DNA of 64,000 bases from Candidatus Methylomirabilota bacterium (lineage in GTDB: Bacteria; Methylomirabilota; Methylomirabilia; Rokubacteriales; CSP1-6). The stretch is from positions 2,334 through 66,333 of the forward strand of contig JBKPAK010000112.1 of NCBI GenBank assembly GCA_046726415.1, in the 5' to 3' direction. A program made the translations under genes and the position numbers. Shown in pieces: positions 62,886 through 64,000 of the stretch (within the stretch, counting starts at the first letter, position 1; each line of letters opens with the position of its first letter). Below the pieces are notes generated by a model. That model saw only the letters and a list, made by a program, of their open reading frames with translations. It was not told the DNA's origin and did no database searches.

Positions 62886-63067
62886 CAGCTCGCTTTCACG
62901 ACGCCGGGTACCTCACCCTTGAGCGCCAATTCGCGGAAGCAGAGGCGGCACAGCTCGAACTTGCGGATGTACCCGCGCGGCCGTCCGCACAGCTTGCAGC
63001 GACGGTAGGCGCGGGTGGCGAACTTCGCGGGGCGCGACGCCCTGACGATGAGCGAGATCTTGGCCAT
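62882..63067 (-). CDS. rpsN: 30S ribosomal protein S14, zinc-binding type Z (61 aa)
   Basis: [23 protein letters not shown] Cys4 motif; short 61-aa form. Confidence 0.9.
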   Translation of the reverse strand: MAKISLIVRASRPAKFATRAYRRCKLCGRPRGYIRKFELCRLCFRELALKGEVPGVVKASW

Positions 63068-63073
63068 GGGTGA

Positions 63074-63736
63074 CTACTCCCTGAACGGCATGCCCAGATG
63101 GGCGAGGAGGGCCTTGGCCTCCTCGTCCGTGCGGGCCGTGGTAACGATGTTGACGTCCATGCCCCGGAGCTTGTCGATCTTGTCGTAGACGATCTCCGGA
63201 AAGATCAACTGCTCCCGCAGCCCCAGCGCGTAGTTTCCGCGTCCGTCGAAGCCACGCGGCGGCACGCCCCGGAAGTCTCGCACCCGAGGCAGCGCCACGT
63301 TCATCAACCGGTCCAGAAACTCGTACATCCGAGGCCCCCGCAGGGTCACCTTGGTCCCGATGGGGACGCCCTCCCGCAGCTTGAAGTTGGCGATCGACTT
63401 CTTCGCGCGCGTGATGATCGGTCGCTGGCCGGTGATGGCCTGCAGGTCGGCGGTAGCGAAGTCGAGCACCTTGGCGTTCTCCCGTCCCTCGCCTACCCCC
63501 ATGCTCACGACGATCTTGTGCAGGCGCGGGACCTGCCAGGGATTGGTGTATCCGCGCTCCTTCATGAGGGCCGGCAGCACACTCTGCTGAAAGCGCACCT
63601 TGAGGCGGGGAGGAACCTCGCCTCTCCCCTTTGGTCGGGCTTGTTCGGCCGGCGCCGCCGCCGGGGCGGCCTTCTGGCCCTTGGCCGGCGGGGGCTTTGG
63701 TTTCTGAGCCTTAGCGCGCGCGTCTGCTTTCGCCAT
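63074..63736 (-). CDS. rplE: 50S ribosomal protein L5 (with ~40-aa Lys/Ala/Pro-rich N-terminal extension if the upstream ATG is used)
   Basis: Core ...[22 protein letters not shown]...[18 protein letters not shown]...; start ambiguous between ATG 63736 and a downstream GTG near PRLKVRF. Confidence 0.9.
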   Translation of the reverse strand: MAKADARAKAQKPKPPPAKGQKAAPAAAPAEQARPKGRGEVPPRLKVRFQQSVLPALMKERGYTNPWQVPRLHKIVVSMGVGEGRENAKVLDFATADLQAITGQRPIITRAKKSIANFKLREGVPIGTKVTLRGPRMYEFLDRLMNVALPRVRDFRGVPPRGFDGRGNYALGLREQLIFPEIVYDKIDKLRGMDVNIVTTARTDEEAKALLAHLGMPFRE

Positions 63737-63741
63737 CGCGT

Positions 63742-64000
63742 CTAACCCTTGTCGACCGACTCACCGCAGCGCTTGCACGCGCGGACTTTGCGGCCGTCGT
63801 TCAGGACCTTGATCCCCACCCGCACCGGCCGGTTGCAGCGGCCGCACACCAACAGCACGTTGGACACGGCCAGCGGGCCTTCCCGCTCGATGATCCCACC
63901 CTGGCGCAGCTTCGGCGTCGGCCGCTGGTGCCGCTTGATCATATTGACGTGCTCGACGACGACCCGCCCCGAGTCACGCAGCACCCTCAGGACCTTGCCG
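63742..64000 (-). CDS. rplX: 50S ribosomal protein L24, 5' end beyond window; C-terminus carries CxxC...CxxC
   Basis: ...[68 protein letters not shown]; KOW/L24 core recognisable. Confidence 0.85.
   Translation of the reverse strand, partial: GKVLRVLRDSGRVVVEHVNMIKRHQRPTPKLRQGGIIEREGPLAVSNVLLVCGRCNRPVRVGIKVLNDGRKVRACKRCGESVDKG

Overview
High-GC (roughly 70% GC) bacterial chromosomal segment, densely coding, with frequent 4-nt start/stop overlaps (ATGA/GTGA) and frequent GTG/TTG starts. From left to right it contains:
- A partial unknown gene and a lytic transglycosylase, followed by an 84-bp tandem repeat.
- A minus-strand heat-shock operon dnaK-dnaJ-like-hspR-lon. It is driven from an unusually AT-rich divergent promoter region, and its J-protein carries SPD instead of the canonical HPD motif.
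- A DUF1844 gene and a translationally coupled mazG-macro domain pair.
- A complete type IVa pilus cluster: pilB-pilT-pilC-pilA-pilD, three minor pilins, then pilM-N-O-P-Q. pilA has a good sigma-54 -24/-12 promoter.
- Housekeeping genes aroB, a TPR protein, efp, accB and accC.
- A roughly 21-kb catabolic region with two paralogous fused HyuA-HyuB (hydantoinase/5-oxoprolinase-like, ~1270-1290 aa) genes. Each is linked to an ABC importer (a LIV-type one upstream of the first, preceded by an Asp/Glu/hydantoin-racemase-family gene; a Pot-type one upstream of the second). The region also holds a MaoC hydratase, an M20D amidohydrolase and an XerC/D-family recombinase.
- An internally deleted NtrC-family regulator remnant, then trxA, thiL, two tandem CNNM/CorC transporters and a dienelactone hydrolase.
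- The 3' two-thirds of the ribosomal spc/alpha operon on the minus strand: rplX (partial) through rplQ, including secY-adk-map-infA-rpmJ-rpsM-rpsK-rpsD-rpoA.
A recurring oddity is short tandem duplications (29-85 bp) sitting exactly at gene junctions or N-termini; there are five such loci in 64 kb. I saw no CRISPR array, tRNA, rRNA or obvious transposase.
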